Assembly (NCBI RefSeq): GCF_001194135.2
Contig: NC_068985.1
Span: forward strand, 114,094,805-114,142,244
Direction: 5' to 3'
From: Octopus bimaculoides
Taxonomy: Eukaryota
DNA length: 47,440 bases
Numbering within the stretch: position 1 is the first letter of the stretch; every line of letters begins with the position of its first letter. The notes beneath the pieces were generated by a model. It was not told the DNA's origin, did no database searches, and saw only the letters and a list, made by a program, of their open reading frames with translations. Position numbers and translations under genes: made by a program. Below are positions 36,051 to 47,440 of this stretch, in pieces.

Positions 36051-36103
36051 TATTGTCTTTCCATCAGTCTACATTCAGTTCCATTGTTTAAGTAATTGAA
36101 ATT

Positions 36104-36257
36104 AAAACGTTGTTCCCTCAAAATTTCATGTTAATTTATGTTCTAAATACCAACTTAGTAATAAAGTTATTTTACTTAATTCTTCATTATTCTCAAAAAC
36201 AATGAATTGAAACAACAGAAGTATATTTCAACAAAAATATGGCAACAAAAACATTAA
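36104..36257. mobile_element. Partial copy of the same piggyBac-like MITE family
   Basis: AAGTTATTTTACTTAATTCTTCATTATT...GTATATTTCAAC...ATGGCAACAAAAACATTAA aligns with 7385-7532. Confidence 0.55.
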
Positions 36258-36662
36258 AGTGATCTAAAAACTTTCAAGCTCTTATTTCACATGGTTTTAT
36301 TTATTGTTTTATTCCAGTCCTGTTCTGAGATTATTCATGGTTTTCCTGTGATTCATTTGTCTCAGAATTAACTTGCTGTTGCTTACATTAATTTTTGACT
36401 TGTTATTCCAGTTGTTGTTGTTGTAGTTGTTGTTGTTGGCATCTCTCTCACAATTATCTGTTTCTTCTTCCCTTTGTCTTAATTCTTTCTCTCACATTCT
36501 CATTCTCTTTCTCCAACTATCTGTTTTTCCAATTTCTCTCATTCTTTTACTTTCTCTCTATTATTTATCTCTTGTTTTCTTCCTCTTACTTACAACTCTC
36601 TCTTTCATTGTCCTAATCTCTCATTGTCTCTTCTGCCTTCTGCTATCACTCTTTTCTTTCTT

Positions 36663-36698
<36 letters not shown>

Positions 36699-37264
36699 TT
36701 TCTCCCCCCCCCGTCATTTCCATTACCTCTCTCTTTCTCTTTCCTCATACTACCTAATTAAAAGTTTGATCATGATCTCGGCATTCATGATGTGTCCTGC
36801 AGTGGTGGTGGTGGTGGTGGTGGTGGTGATGACCTATAAACTTAACTAGCCTGTTAATTAATTATACTTTTGTTGCTTCTTTTGAACCATTCATTAGCCT
36901 AGTATTGTTTAGTAAGTAATAGTGTCAGATCTTTCGCATGCAAAGTTTTGAGCCAATCAAATCTCAACATTTGGTGACATACAACCAGATATTTGAAAAC
37001 ATACCACAATATATACATACGTGTTGCTGTTGTCCTTGTTACTGCTACTGTTGTCATAGTAACATTTGTTGTTACTGTTGTCATTCTGTTGTTGTTGTAC
37101 TTGTTCTTGATGTACTTTTTAGCTCCAAGTCAGCTCTGATTGTGCAGGCGCATCATATATAAGACTACCTTACCTAATGTACTCTTACTTTCTTTTTAAA
37201 GCCAGTAGACTGTAATTTGAAGCAAATTTGATAGCTAAGAAGCTCTGGTCATATTGAATGTAGA

Positions 37265-37500
37265 TCCTCCTCATCATTTTAAAAGTCCACTTTTCCATGC
37301 TTTCATGGGTTGGATAGAATTTATTGAGGCAGATTTTCTATGGCTGGATGCCTTTCCTGTCACCAATTCTCATCTGTTTTCAAGCAAGGTAACATTTCCC
37401 CTTGACTAGACATGTTCCAGCAGAATATTAGAAATGAGTGATACAGCCGGTTATGTCAATAACACCCATTTGCAACTATCACATAATGTCAAGAGGACAG
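37265..37500 (-). mobile_element. Element with an RTE-like tail (subfamily shared with 39655-39900)
   Basis: TTCCATGC...GGGTTGGATAGAATTTATTGAGGCAGATTTT...GGATGCCTTTCCTGT...CAAGGTAACATTT...TATCACATAATG. Confidence 0.65.
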
Positions 37501-38961
37501 CTATCTTTTACTTGCTTCAGTCATTGGACTGCAGCCATGGTGGGGCACCACCTTCAAAGGTTTTCATTGAACAAATCAACCCCAGTACTTATCTTTTAAA
37601 GGCTGGCACTTATTCTGTTGCTCTCCTTTGTATTCTGTTACTCTCTTCTACTCACAAACACAACACATTTATTCAAGAGTGTAAATCCAAAGCAATCAAT
37701 TACAAAGAACACAAAAACTAGTGCAACTTCAAATTTTTCTTTTAACAGTTAATTATACAGCATAATTAGTTAAAATGGCTGACATGTGTTTCTGCTGCAT
37801 ACCTGCCTGGGTAACTTATCCCTATATATTAATATTCATTGTGTGTGTGTGTGTGTGCATGTGTATATATATATATATATAGTTTTAGGGAAAATAACCA
37901 ATTTTCAAGAACTCATCTATAAGGCTCAATTTAATTTTAATTTTTTATAAATTGATTTTAATTGAGTTTTTACCTGTAATTTTGGATTTTGTCCCTAATA
38001 TTATTATTATTATATATATNNNNNNNNNNNNNNNNNNNNNNNNNNNNNNNNNNNNNNNNNNNNNNNNNNNNNNNNNNNNNNNNNNNNNNNNNNNNNNNNN
38101 NNNNNNNNNNNNNNNNNNNNNNNNNNNNNNNNNNNNNNNNNNNNNNNNNNNNNNNNNNNNNNNNNNNNNNNNNNNNNNNNNNNNNNNNNNNNNNNNNNNN
38201 NNNNNNNNNNNNNNNNNNNNNNNNNNNNNNNNNNNNNNNNNNNNNNNNNNNNNNNNNNNNNNNNNNNNNNNNNNNNNNNNNNNNNNNNNNNNNNNNNNNN
38301 NNNNNNNNNNNNNNNNNNNNNNNNNNNNNNNNNNNNNNNNNNNNNNNNNNNNNNNNNNNNNNNNNNNNNNNNNNNNNNNNNNNNNNNNNNNNNNNNNNNN
38401 NNNNNNNNNNNNNNNNNNNNNNNNNNNNNNNNNNNNNNNNNNNNNNNNNNNNNNNNNNNNNNNNNNNNNNNNNNNNNNNNNNNNNNNNNNNNNNNNNNNN
38501 NNNNNNNNNNNNNNNNNNNNNNNNNNNNNNNNNNNNNNNNNNNNNNNNNNNNNNNNNNNNNNNNNNNNNNNNNNNNNNNNNNNNNNNNNNNNNNNNNNNN
38601 NNNNNNNNNNNNNNNNNNNNNNNNNNNNNNNNNNNNNNNNNNNNNNNNNNNNNNNNNNNNNNNNNNNNNNNNNNNNNNNNNNNNNNNNNNNNNNNNNNNN
38701 NNNNNNNNNNNNNNNNNNNNNNNNNNNNNNNNNNNNNNNNNNNNNNNNNNNNNNNNNNNNNNNNNNNNNNNNNNNNNNNNNNNNNNNNNNNNNNNNNNNN
38801 NNNNNNNNNNNNNNNNNNNNNNNNNNNNNNNNNNNNNNNNNNNNNNNNNNNNNNNNNNNNNNNNNNNNNNNNNNNNNNNNNNNNNNNNNNNNNNNNNNNN
38901 NNNNNNNNNNNNNNNNNNNNNNNNNNNNNNNNNNNNNNNNNNNNNNNNNNNNNNNNNNNNA

Positions 38962-39102
38962 TTCTTTCAGTTCTATTTACCACATCCACTCATAAGGCTT
39001 TGATTGGACCAAAACTATAATAGAAAGTATCATGCAGTGGGCGTGAACCCAGAACTAAGCAGTTGGGAAGCAAACTTCTCAACCACACAGCCATGTCTGC
39101 AC
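38962..39102 (-). mobile_element. SINE family A head
   Basis: TTCTTTCAGTTCT...CCACTCATAAGGCTTTG...GGGAAGCAAACTTCTCAACCACACAGCCATGTCTGC. Confidence 0.75.
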
Positions 39103-39654
39103 CTATTATCCTAGATGGATACATAAATCAATTCATCACTAGCTGGAAGCTAAACATATCAATAAATATGAACTAATAAATAAATATAAAGCTGTGTAGC
39201 TCTTTTAATGGCCATGAATGGATTAGTTGATTGCCAAGGGAACGTTGCTTAATTTCAGCCTTATGATATTTAGTAGATAAGAAATAAATGGTATATTCTC
39301 TATCCATACCACCACCACCACCACTACTACCTCCTGATCGAGATAGATGGTCAGCCTGTTAGTCTATTTCAGATAACTTCCCAGATGATTTGGTAACTAT
39401 TCTCCATTTGACTTGCATTATTACTAGGTTGCTGAGGAGGAATATAGATAGTTAGAAGCAGAAGACTGATAAAGAAACATAGAGGTGAGCAATGGGAGTA
39501 TATGTTGACACATTGCCATGACTCATCTCTGTGACAAATTAACTGTCGTACAAAGATGGCTGGACAACTAAAGAAATGAATGAAAATGAGAGCTGGAAGC
39601 TTAAAAATGGAAGTAAACCAAACAAAATAAAGATAGAGACATATTTTGGTGGAT

Positions 39655-39900
39655 ATCATCATCATCATTAAATGACCATTTTTGCTAGCTTGCATGGATC
39701 AGACAGAATTTGTTGAGGCAGATTTTATACACCTAGATGTCCTTTCTGTTGGCAACTTTCACCACTCTCCAGGCAAGCTAATATTTTCTCCATGGCCTTG
39801 CATGTTTTTTCAAGAGAGGCTGGAACCAAATAACCTCTCTTTGGAACCAAATAACCTTGTATGTCAATGATATTCATCTACAAGTATCACATAATGCCTA
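39655..39900 (-). mobile_element. Element with an RTE-like tail (subfamily shared with 37265-37500)
   Basis: (CAT)n...GACAGAATTTGTTGAGGCAGATTTT...GATGTCCTTTCTGT...CAAGCTAATATTT...TATCACATAATG. Confidence 0.65.
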
Positions 39901-39957
39901 TAGAAGGGTACCCACAAACACACATTCATACATACATACATACATACATACATACAA

Positions 39958-40105
39958 CAGACTTCTTTTAGTTTCCTTCCACTCACAAGGTTTTGCTTGG
40001 CCCAAAACTAAAAGTAGATTTACCTAAGGTGCTACACAGTAGGACTGAGACCAAGACTTCATGGTTGGGAAGCAAGCTTCTTAAAACAAATGGCCACATC
40101 TGCAC
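39958..40105 (-). mobile_element. SINE family A head
   Basis: CTTCTTTTAGTTTCC...CACTCACAAGG...CATGGTTGGGAAGCAAGCTTCTT. Confidence 0.75.
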
Positions 40106-40124
40106 CTTAGATACATAGTTGAAT

Positions 40125-40300
40125 GGTATCAGATTTTGACACAAGACCAACAGTTTTCAGGAGAAGAGGGTTAACTGATACCATGAACCCCAGTATTTGA
40201 GTGGTGATTCATTTCATTGACCCCTAGCAGGATAAAAGGCAACATTGACCTAAACAGGATTTGAACTTGGGATATAAAACATCAGAACAAATTTTATAAG
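40125..40300 (-). mobile_element. SINE family B copy, diverged
   Basis: TTTTGACACAAGACC...CCCCAGTATTTGA...TTTCATTGACCCC...GGATAAAAGGCAA...GATTTGAACTTGG. Confidence 0.7.
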
Positions 40301-40304
40301 GCAT

Positions 40305-40430
40305 AGCTGCATGGTAAGAAGCTTGCTCTCTAACCACATGGCTCTGGATTCAGTCCGACTGCATGGCACCTTGGGCCAACAAATGCCTTGTGAGTGGATT
40401 TGGTAGCCAGAAACTGAAAGAAGCCCATTG
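40305..40430 (+). mobile_element. SINE family A head with internal deletion
   Basis: GCATGGTAAGAAGCTTGCT...CACCTTGGGC|CAACAAATGCCTTGTGAGTGGATTTGGTAG. It lacks the AAGTGTCTTCTACTATAGCCTCGGGC block seen in other copies. Confidence 0.75.
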
Positions 40431-40951
40431 TGTGTGTGNNNNNNNNNNNNNNNNNNNNNNNNNNNNNNNNNNNNNNNNNNNNNNNNNNNNNNNNNNNNNN
40501 NNNNNNNNNNNNNNNNNNNNNNNNNNNNNNNNNNNNNNNNNNNNNNNNNNNNNNNNNNNNNNNNNNNNNNNNNNNNNNNNNNNNNNNNNNNNNNNNNNNN
40601 NNNNNNNNNNNNNNNNNNNNNNNNNNNNNNNNNNNNNNNNNNNNNNNNNNNNNNNNNNNNNNNNNNNNNNNNNNNNNNNNNNNNNNNNNNNNNNNNNNNN
40701 NNNNNNNNNNNNNNNNNNNNNNNNNNNNNNNNNNNNNNNNNNNNNNNNNNNNNNNNNNNNNNNNNNNNNNNNNNNNNNNNNNNNNNNNNNNNNNNNNNNN
40801 NNNNNNNNNNNNNNNNNNNNNNNNNNNNNNNNNNNNNNNNNNNNNNNNNNNNNNNNNNNNNNNNNNNNNNNNNNNNNNNNNNNNNNNNNNNNNNNNNNNN
40901 NNNNNNNNNNNNNNNNNNNNNNNNNNNNNNNNNNNNNNNNNNNNNNNNNNN

Positions 40952-41040
40952 ACCTCGGGCAGGTATCTTCTACTATAGCCCCTGACCAATCGATGCTTTA
41001 CGAGTGGATTTGGTAGACTGAAACTGTGTGGAAGCCTATC

Positions 41041-41080
<40 letters not shown>

Positions 41081-41285
41081 ATGTGTAAATGTATGTGTGT
41101 GTCCCCTTCCACTGTTTGACACCTATTGTTGGTTTGTTCAAGTTCCTGTAACTTAGTAGTTCAACAAAAAAGACCACTAGAAGAAGTAACAAACTTAAAA
41201 ATACTGGAGACAATTTGTTTGATTAAACCCTTCAAGGCATGGCCCTAAAATGGCCACAGCCTAACGAATGAAACAAGCAAAAGCT
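40952..41285 (+). mobile_element. SINE family A, partial head plus (TG)n plus 3' module
   Basis: ACCTCGGGCAGGTATCTTCTACTATAGCC...GTGGATTTGGTAGAC...(GT)n...GTAACTTAGTAGTTC...ATGGCCACAGCC...TGAAACAAG. Confidence 0.75.
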
Positions 41286-41723
41286 GAAAGATAAAAAACA
41301 CCATATTAGATTTCAGTAAAGAATTTAGTTCTGTTTCTTTCATTCTAAAAGTTTCTTTGACAGCATCATCCTTATAATAATCACTTCAGCAAACATCATC
41401 ATCATCGTCATCATCATCCTCATCATCTTCACTGTTGTCAACAGTAACTAATCATAGAAACATTTCCATTCCATTGATCCAATCAAGTTAACAAATTCTC
41501 AGGAACACTTTCTACACACACAGATGATGAGAATGATGCTGCATGCTGCAAACCACAAACCAAATTCTAAATATTCTTCTGATTTCAAATTGAACCGAGG
41601 AAAAGACACACACACGCACAAACACACACAAGACTTAAGATTTTGAAATTTTCTTTCATCACATTTCTTCCTTTTAAATAGCTTGTCTCAAATTGAAGAA
41701 AAGCGGGAGAGAGAGAGAGAGAC

Positions 41724-41770
<47 letters not shown>

Positions 41771-42779
41771 NNNNNNNNNNNNNNNNNNNNNNNNNNNNNN
41801 NNNNNNNNNNNNNNNNNNNNNNNNNNNNNNNNNNNNNNNNNNNNNNNNNNNNNNNNNNNNNNNNNNNNNNNNNNNNNNNNNNNNNNNNNNNNNNNNNNNN
41901 NNNNNNNNNNNNNNNNNNNNNNNNNNNNNNNNNNNNNNNNNNNNNNNNNNNNNNNNNNNNNNNNNNNNNNNNNNNNNNNNNNNNNNNNNNNNNNNNNNNN
42001 NNNNNNNNNNNNNNNNNNNNNNNNNNNNNNNNNNNNNNNNNNNNNNNNNNNNNNNNNNNNNNNNNNNNNNNNNNNNNNNGGGGTTTTTTAAATTTATTTT
42101 TCTTGTTATTTTCTGACAGGAACAAAAACCGTAATTCTCAAAGGACCAACCGATAAAACATATTTCGTTCATCAAAGAATCTGATTTTTTTTTTGTTGTA
42201 TTTTTTAATTAAATTTTTAAAAATAAATTGAGAAACAAAACTAAAATACCTCAATCAAAAGGTAGAAAGAAAAAAAATATTAGAATACTAAGTATTTTAA
42301 TAAAAATCCATAAATGGTTGAAGTTTAGTTTTTGTCCTCAACATCATTGCTATCATCACCCCCGTCTTCATCATCATCATCGACACCAACACCACTACCA
42401 GCATCATCACTACCACAACTACTGTCGCTATCATCACCAATGTTATTGTCATCATAATAGCAGCATGCATACAAGGATGCATATTGCATTAGCCAAGAAC
42501 ACATGCACAAACAACTTCTACAACGATGAAGAGAATGTCTCACTCACCACACATGTAAATGCGTATGTAAATTCAAAATATGAAAATACACCTAGACATG
42601 CATGCACACACACACAGACAAGCAAGTATATATGAACACATACACAAATTCCATAAATAAATACAATCACTCTGCACACACACACACACATGTAACCTAT
42701 CGGAGATATGACAACAAAGCTTAAAATGACTTGACGGAATGAAGTTGGGGGAATAATAATAATGATAAGAAGAAGAATC

Positions 42780-42940
42780 CTATCAGCAAAAGGCTGGAAA
42801 TTTGTGCGGGGAACTAGCTGATTACGTGGACCCAAGGATTTCACTGGTACTTAAGAATCTGAATACAGAATGTAAAGCCAGATGAAAAAGCCACCAAGCA
42901 TTTTGCTCGATGTAACACTGCTTCTGCTACCTTGCCTTAA

Positions 42941-43022
<82 letters not shown>

Positions 43023-43335
43023 CCTTTCTACAAAGGCACAAGGCCTGAAATTTGGGGAGAGGGAACTAGTCAATTACATTGACCCCGGTGCTCATGTGGT
43101 ACTTATTTTATTGACCCTGAAAGGATGAAAGGCAAAATCAGCCATGACAGAATTTGAACTCCGAATGTAGACAAAATGCCACTAAGAATTTTACCCCAGT
43201 ATTTAACTGGTACTTATTTTTATCAACCCCAAAAAGATGAAAAGCAAAGTCAACCTCGGCAGAATTCGAACTCACAACACAAAGACCAAAGAAATGCCAT
43301 TAAGCTAATTGCCCAAAATACTAACAGTTCTGCTG
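42780..43335 (-). mobile_element. Cluster of three SINE family B copies or fragments separated by (TAC)n/(TAA)n
   Basis: Repeated GGTACTTATTT...ACCCTGAAAGGATGAAAGGCAAA...GAATTTGAACTC blocks at about 43090-43160 and 43205-43275, plus a deleted copy at 42780-42940. Confidence 0.8.
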
Positions 43336-43926
43336 TCTTCAATAACAACAACAACAACAATAATAATAATAATGATAACAGTAACAGCAAGAACAATTAC
43401 AATAATATGTAAAAATACAAGACATATGATAATATAATAAAATAAAATAAAATACAAAAATATGAAATCACTCTGACTTGCATCACAAGGAGCAGAAAGA
43501 TCCTACAACTCAAATTCCAACTGCAACCATCATCCACTACAAAACCAACTCTACTTTTGTAAGAAGCAAGAAGAGAAGTTGGATGTTGTTGATGTTGCTG
43601 TCATTGATTATTACTGAAGAAGTTTTAAAGCCCTTCGTTGTAAATAAAGAAAAGGTGGGAAGGGGCATTTTCTACACAGTATGTGTGGGTGTGTGCATAT
43701 GTGAATGCATCGTATTGGTACCTATGCATGTACATGTGCTTATATACATGTGAGTGTAGTGTATATATATGTACATGCATGTGTGTGAACTGCCCTTCAC
43801 CACACTGATATTCTGACCTAATAAAAATATGCTTATAAATGGAAGTTGAAATGGATCAGTAACTTTAATAAAATAGCAACACACACAAGATAAACATGGC
43901 AATATAGTTTGGTGTGGTGTGATGAT

Positions 43927-44912
43927 GTGGACATGAGAGTGCAGTTTGGCATTGAATTAAAAATTCTTGACCACCACCACTGTCACAACTACCACCACCA
44001 CCACTTAGACTCACCATTAACCCTTTCGTTACTGTATTTATTTAGAGATGCTGTGTTTCTTTCAATTAATTTTAAATATAACAAAGAATTTAGTAAAAAT
44101 AACTTAGTTATCATTCAGCTAATGTTAGGAACATAAATTGTGACTAAGGTTTGGTGGAAGATTTTAATTCAAAACTTATGAAAACAAGACATTTATACTA
44201 AAAAGCCAGAGCCAGTTTCAGCCGGGTTGGTAACGAAAGGGTTAAGCAGTGGACATAGCAGAGCAGCTTGGCTTGGGATAAATAATTCTTGGCTATCGTC
44301 ACTGTCACTATCACCTACACTGATCATTAAGCTTGGCTTTGGATTAACAATTCTTGACTGCCACAACCTAGATTCACTATTAAACAGTGGACACGGTAAA
44401 GTGGTTTTACTTTGGATTAATGATTCTCAACCACAACCACCATCATTATCAGCATTGAGATTAACCATTAAGCAATGGACACACTAGAATGACTTGGCTT
44501 TTGGATTAACAATTCTTGACCACCACCACCACTGCTAGCACCTTGATTCAGCAGAAGACATGGTAGAGTAGCTTGTCTTTGAATTAACAAGTCTTTTGGT
44601 TTTGGATAAACAATTCTTGACCACCACCACCACTCAGATTAACCATCAAGTAATCGACACACTAGAGTAACTTGGCTTTTGGATTAACAATTCTTGACCA
44701 TCACCACTGCCAGCACCTAGACTGACCAGAGGACTAGATTGAGCTAAGGTCATGGTAGAGTGGCTTGGTTTGGGATTAATAATTCTTGACCAACACCACC
44801 ATCGCTGACCCTTAGATCAATCATTAAGTGGTGGACTTAGCAGAGTTGCTTGGCTATGGATTAACTATTCTCAACCATCACCAATGCCAACACCCAGATT
44901 GACCATTAAGCG
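43927..44912 (+). repeat. Degenerate minisatellite, ~10 units of mostly ~65-90 bp, interrupted by a MITE
   Basis: Core TTGGC(T)TTGGATTAACAATTCTTGACC(ACC)n recurs near 43954, 44276, 44341, 44414, 44503, 44581 (partial), 44604, 44681, 44773 and 44858. Confidence 0.85.
44021..44241. mobile_element. piggyBac-like MITE, 221 bp
   Basis: TTAA|CCCTTTCGTTAC...GTAACGAAAGGG|TTAA: perfect 12-bp TIRs and a TTAA TSD (44017-44020, 44242-44245). Confidence 0.9.
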
Positions 44913-45564
44913 AGGTAGGTAAGCAGCTATTATTTAATCAATGAAAGTCGATGTCCATAAGAAAACAACAATATTAACACATCAGTGAACAGTCTTTTAG
45001 AACTATATTATATTAAGTCAAGAGAAGTGAGAAGACCATTTAACTGTTTTTAATTTGTCAGTTTTTAAGCCTACTGAATGGTTTACAAAACGGCTGGTAA
45101 AACTAATTATTGGCCAAACGAATTTTGGTGAGTAGTTTAAATGTCGCCAAACATTGCTGCCAAGTAAAAATTCTTCAAGTGGAAACCGTAAAACAAAATA
45201 AAAATTAACTGACAACAACGATAATGATAGTATTAACGATGATGATGATGATGATGATGGTTTCTCTTATAGCCGCAAGGGCAACTGAGGAAGGAACAAT
45301 AATAGTTGTAGTAATAATAGCATCAATAAAGATATTGCGATGTGTGTGTGTGTGTGTAGGTATGTTGTGTATGTATATGTGTTGTGCATGTGTGTGTAGT
45401 GTGTAGTCTATGTATGCACATGTGTGGCAGAGAAAGAGAGCGTATGAGCAAGGATGGAGGATAGAGTGTGGGGAAGGAAAAGGGTGTATAAAGAACATGA
45501 TGGAGTGTATACAAAGATTAAGTAAAAGGGAAACAGTAAATCCCTGAATGTGTTCAAAATAGTA

Positions 45565-45599
<35 letters not shown>

Positions 45600-45600
45600 T

Positions 45601-45693
<93 letters not shown>

Positions 45694-45698
45694 AAGAG
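45565..45698. repeat. (GA)n/(GAGAGAAA)n microsatellite
   Basis: Direct reading; source of the RERERE ORFs. Confidence 0.95.
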
Positions 45699-47169
45699 GG
45701 GTGTGTGTATATGTACATGTTTAGAAAATTTAGGGCATGTAATTATTACTGCAATGTCTTCCTTATATATCTAATTAGCAAGTTCACAAATCAAGTCATG
45801 CTGGAGATTCTTAAAAAGGATGAAATAGTACTATACATGACTACCACTAAGAAATTGTAAGAACTTTGCCGAAGATTATAAAAGAAAATTTTTTAATTAT
45901 GAACAGGTTCAACTCCAACTTTCTAGACAGTGATGGTCTGGAACTTCTTACAATCCACATTAATTCACAAACAGTAATGCCCAATTCCTGTGGCCACCAG
46001 ACCAATTTACTGGTACTTTGCACAGTACAGTATGAATGAACCTGTATTATTTCTGCAAATGTACAGGTACCTGTATTTCATTTAATTAAGTAGATTTAGT
46101 ATTTGTTTAAAAAACGGTGTGTTGGTCAAGGTAACCATCACTGACTTGGAAAAATCAGTTAACTGGGAAATGCATTGAAACCAAAGGTTGTGGAAAAATC
46201 AATGCTGTACCTGTATATATATTTATATTTATATATGTGCACTCTGTATATCCTTTCATATTCCTCTTTTTCAAATTCGAATTTCTAACCCAGCCTCACA
46301 TTGTGAAGAGATAGTTAACTCTCTTTGTATTAATGGCCATCCAGAGGGCAGCACATGATTGAATTATTAAGACGTTTTTATAAAAGACAGACAGAGATGA
46401 AGTAAAGACTAATGGTAAGAGATGGAAATTAAGAGTGAAATCTTTGGTCTAGAACATGGAAAAAACAAAAACAAAATAAATAAATAAATAAATAAAAATA
46501 ATACACCTCTCTGATCTGAAAGCATTTCTTTCTAGAAATGTCTATTTTTCATAATTCCCTTCTTCCTTTTTCTTAGATAAGAATACACAAAATGCAAAAC
46601 CTTTGGTCAGCTGAAAAGTTTCACACCTATCTCTTGCAGTGTCTTCATATTCTAGCAGAATTTTTTCCTTTACTATTTCTAAAGCAATAACTAATGTACA
46701 TAAAATGAAAGTATGCAAGGGAATTTACTGATATTATTGCCAAGAATATGGTACGAGTAATTCCAAAAAAAGACTTGGTCAAGTCTTTGATGATCCAGCA
46801 GGAGTTAAGATTAATGAATTTTTTCTTTGGCACGACCAAAAATATGGAGAAGGAGGAGCAGGAGAAGTATATGATCAATTGCATTAACACCAGTAGTTAC
46901 TAGGTACTGATATAATCAAACGGACAAGGAAAAAAAAAAATACAGCCAACGTTAATGATGTCTTATTTATCATCTTTTACATGCTTTGGTCATTTAACGG
47001 CAATCATGCTGGGTCAATAGAAACTGTGTAGAAGCCCATCATGTGTGTGTGAATATTCTTTATTCTTTTACTTCTTTTAGTCATTTGACTGCAGCTGTGT
47101 TGAGGCACTACCTTGAAGTGTGCATATGTGCATGTATACATATGTGTATGCATGAGTGTGTGTGTGTGT

Positions 47170-47300
47170 GTGTATGTGAGTGTCCTTTTTACCCACTACC
47201 ACTATCACTGCATGACAATCAGTGTTGGTTTGTTTACATTCCTTTAACTTACTAGTTCAGCAAAAGTTATCAACAGAATAAGCTGTGTCAGATTTAACAA
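47170..47300 (+). mobile_element. SINE family A 3' module
   Basis: TGACAATCAGTGTTGGTTTGTTTACATTCC...CAGCAAAAG...CAGAATAAG. Confidence 0.65.
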
Positions 47301-47327
47301 AAAGAAAAAAAGAGAAAAATATGTACA

Positions 47328-47440
47328 GGCGCAGGAGTGGCTGTGTGGTAAGTAGCTTGCTTACCAACCACATGGTTCCGGGTTCAGTCCCACTGTGTGG
47401 CATCTTGGGCGAGTGTCTTCTATTATAGCCTCGGGCCGAC
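47328..47440 (+). mobile_element. SINE family A head, little diverged, cut by window end
   Basis: GGCGCAGGAGTGGCTGTGTGGTAAGTAGCTTGCTTACCAACCACATGGTTCCGGGTTCAGTCCCACTG...; nearly identical to the 2531 head. Confidence 0.9.

Noticed and set aside
4657-42175. ORFs of 130-350 aa containing X runs, and the many HTHT/YIYI/CVCV/RERE ORFs
   Set aside because: Produced by N gaps and dinucleotide repeats.
43927-44912. CRISPR-like repeat/spacer appearance
   Set aside because: Spacers are homologous to each other and irregular in length, the context is eukaryotic, and no cas genes are present. It is a minisatellite.
46062-46075. Perfect 14-bp palindrome TACAGGTACCTGTA
   Set aside because: A few palindromes of this length are expected by chance in 47 kb (about 47000/4^7).

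Overview
AT-rich, microsatellite-dense eukaryotic genomic DNA with 13 assembly gaps (about 5.4 kb of N). The SINE and LINE-tail families resemble those I recall from Octopus genomes, so a coleoid cephalopod origin is inferred, not proven. The only host coding sequence I can support is one 129-bp, phase 0-0 internal exon on the minus strand (17644-17772). It encodes the C-terminal end of a plexin-A-like Sema domain, so most or all of the window is probably very long plexin intron. The rest is transposon-derived or simple repeat: a 5'-truncated RTE-clade LINE with an RT fragment, many RTE-like 3' tails, at least four tRNA-derived SINE families (my labels A-D), non-autonomous DNA transposons (piggyBac-like, Tc1/pogo-like, mariner, hAT-like), an ~890-bp foldback element, a 10-unit degenerate minisatellite and many microsatellites. 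Almost every ORF in the supplied track is a microsatellite or N-gap artefact. I found no CRISPR array, no rRNA, no genuine tRNA gene and no evidence of a new multi-gene system. The most interesting signals are structural: the long inverted repeat, nested insertions with visible target-site duplications, a conserved-core minisatellite and several palindromes. Boundaries of diverged repeats are approximate (about +/-10-20 bp).
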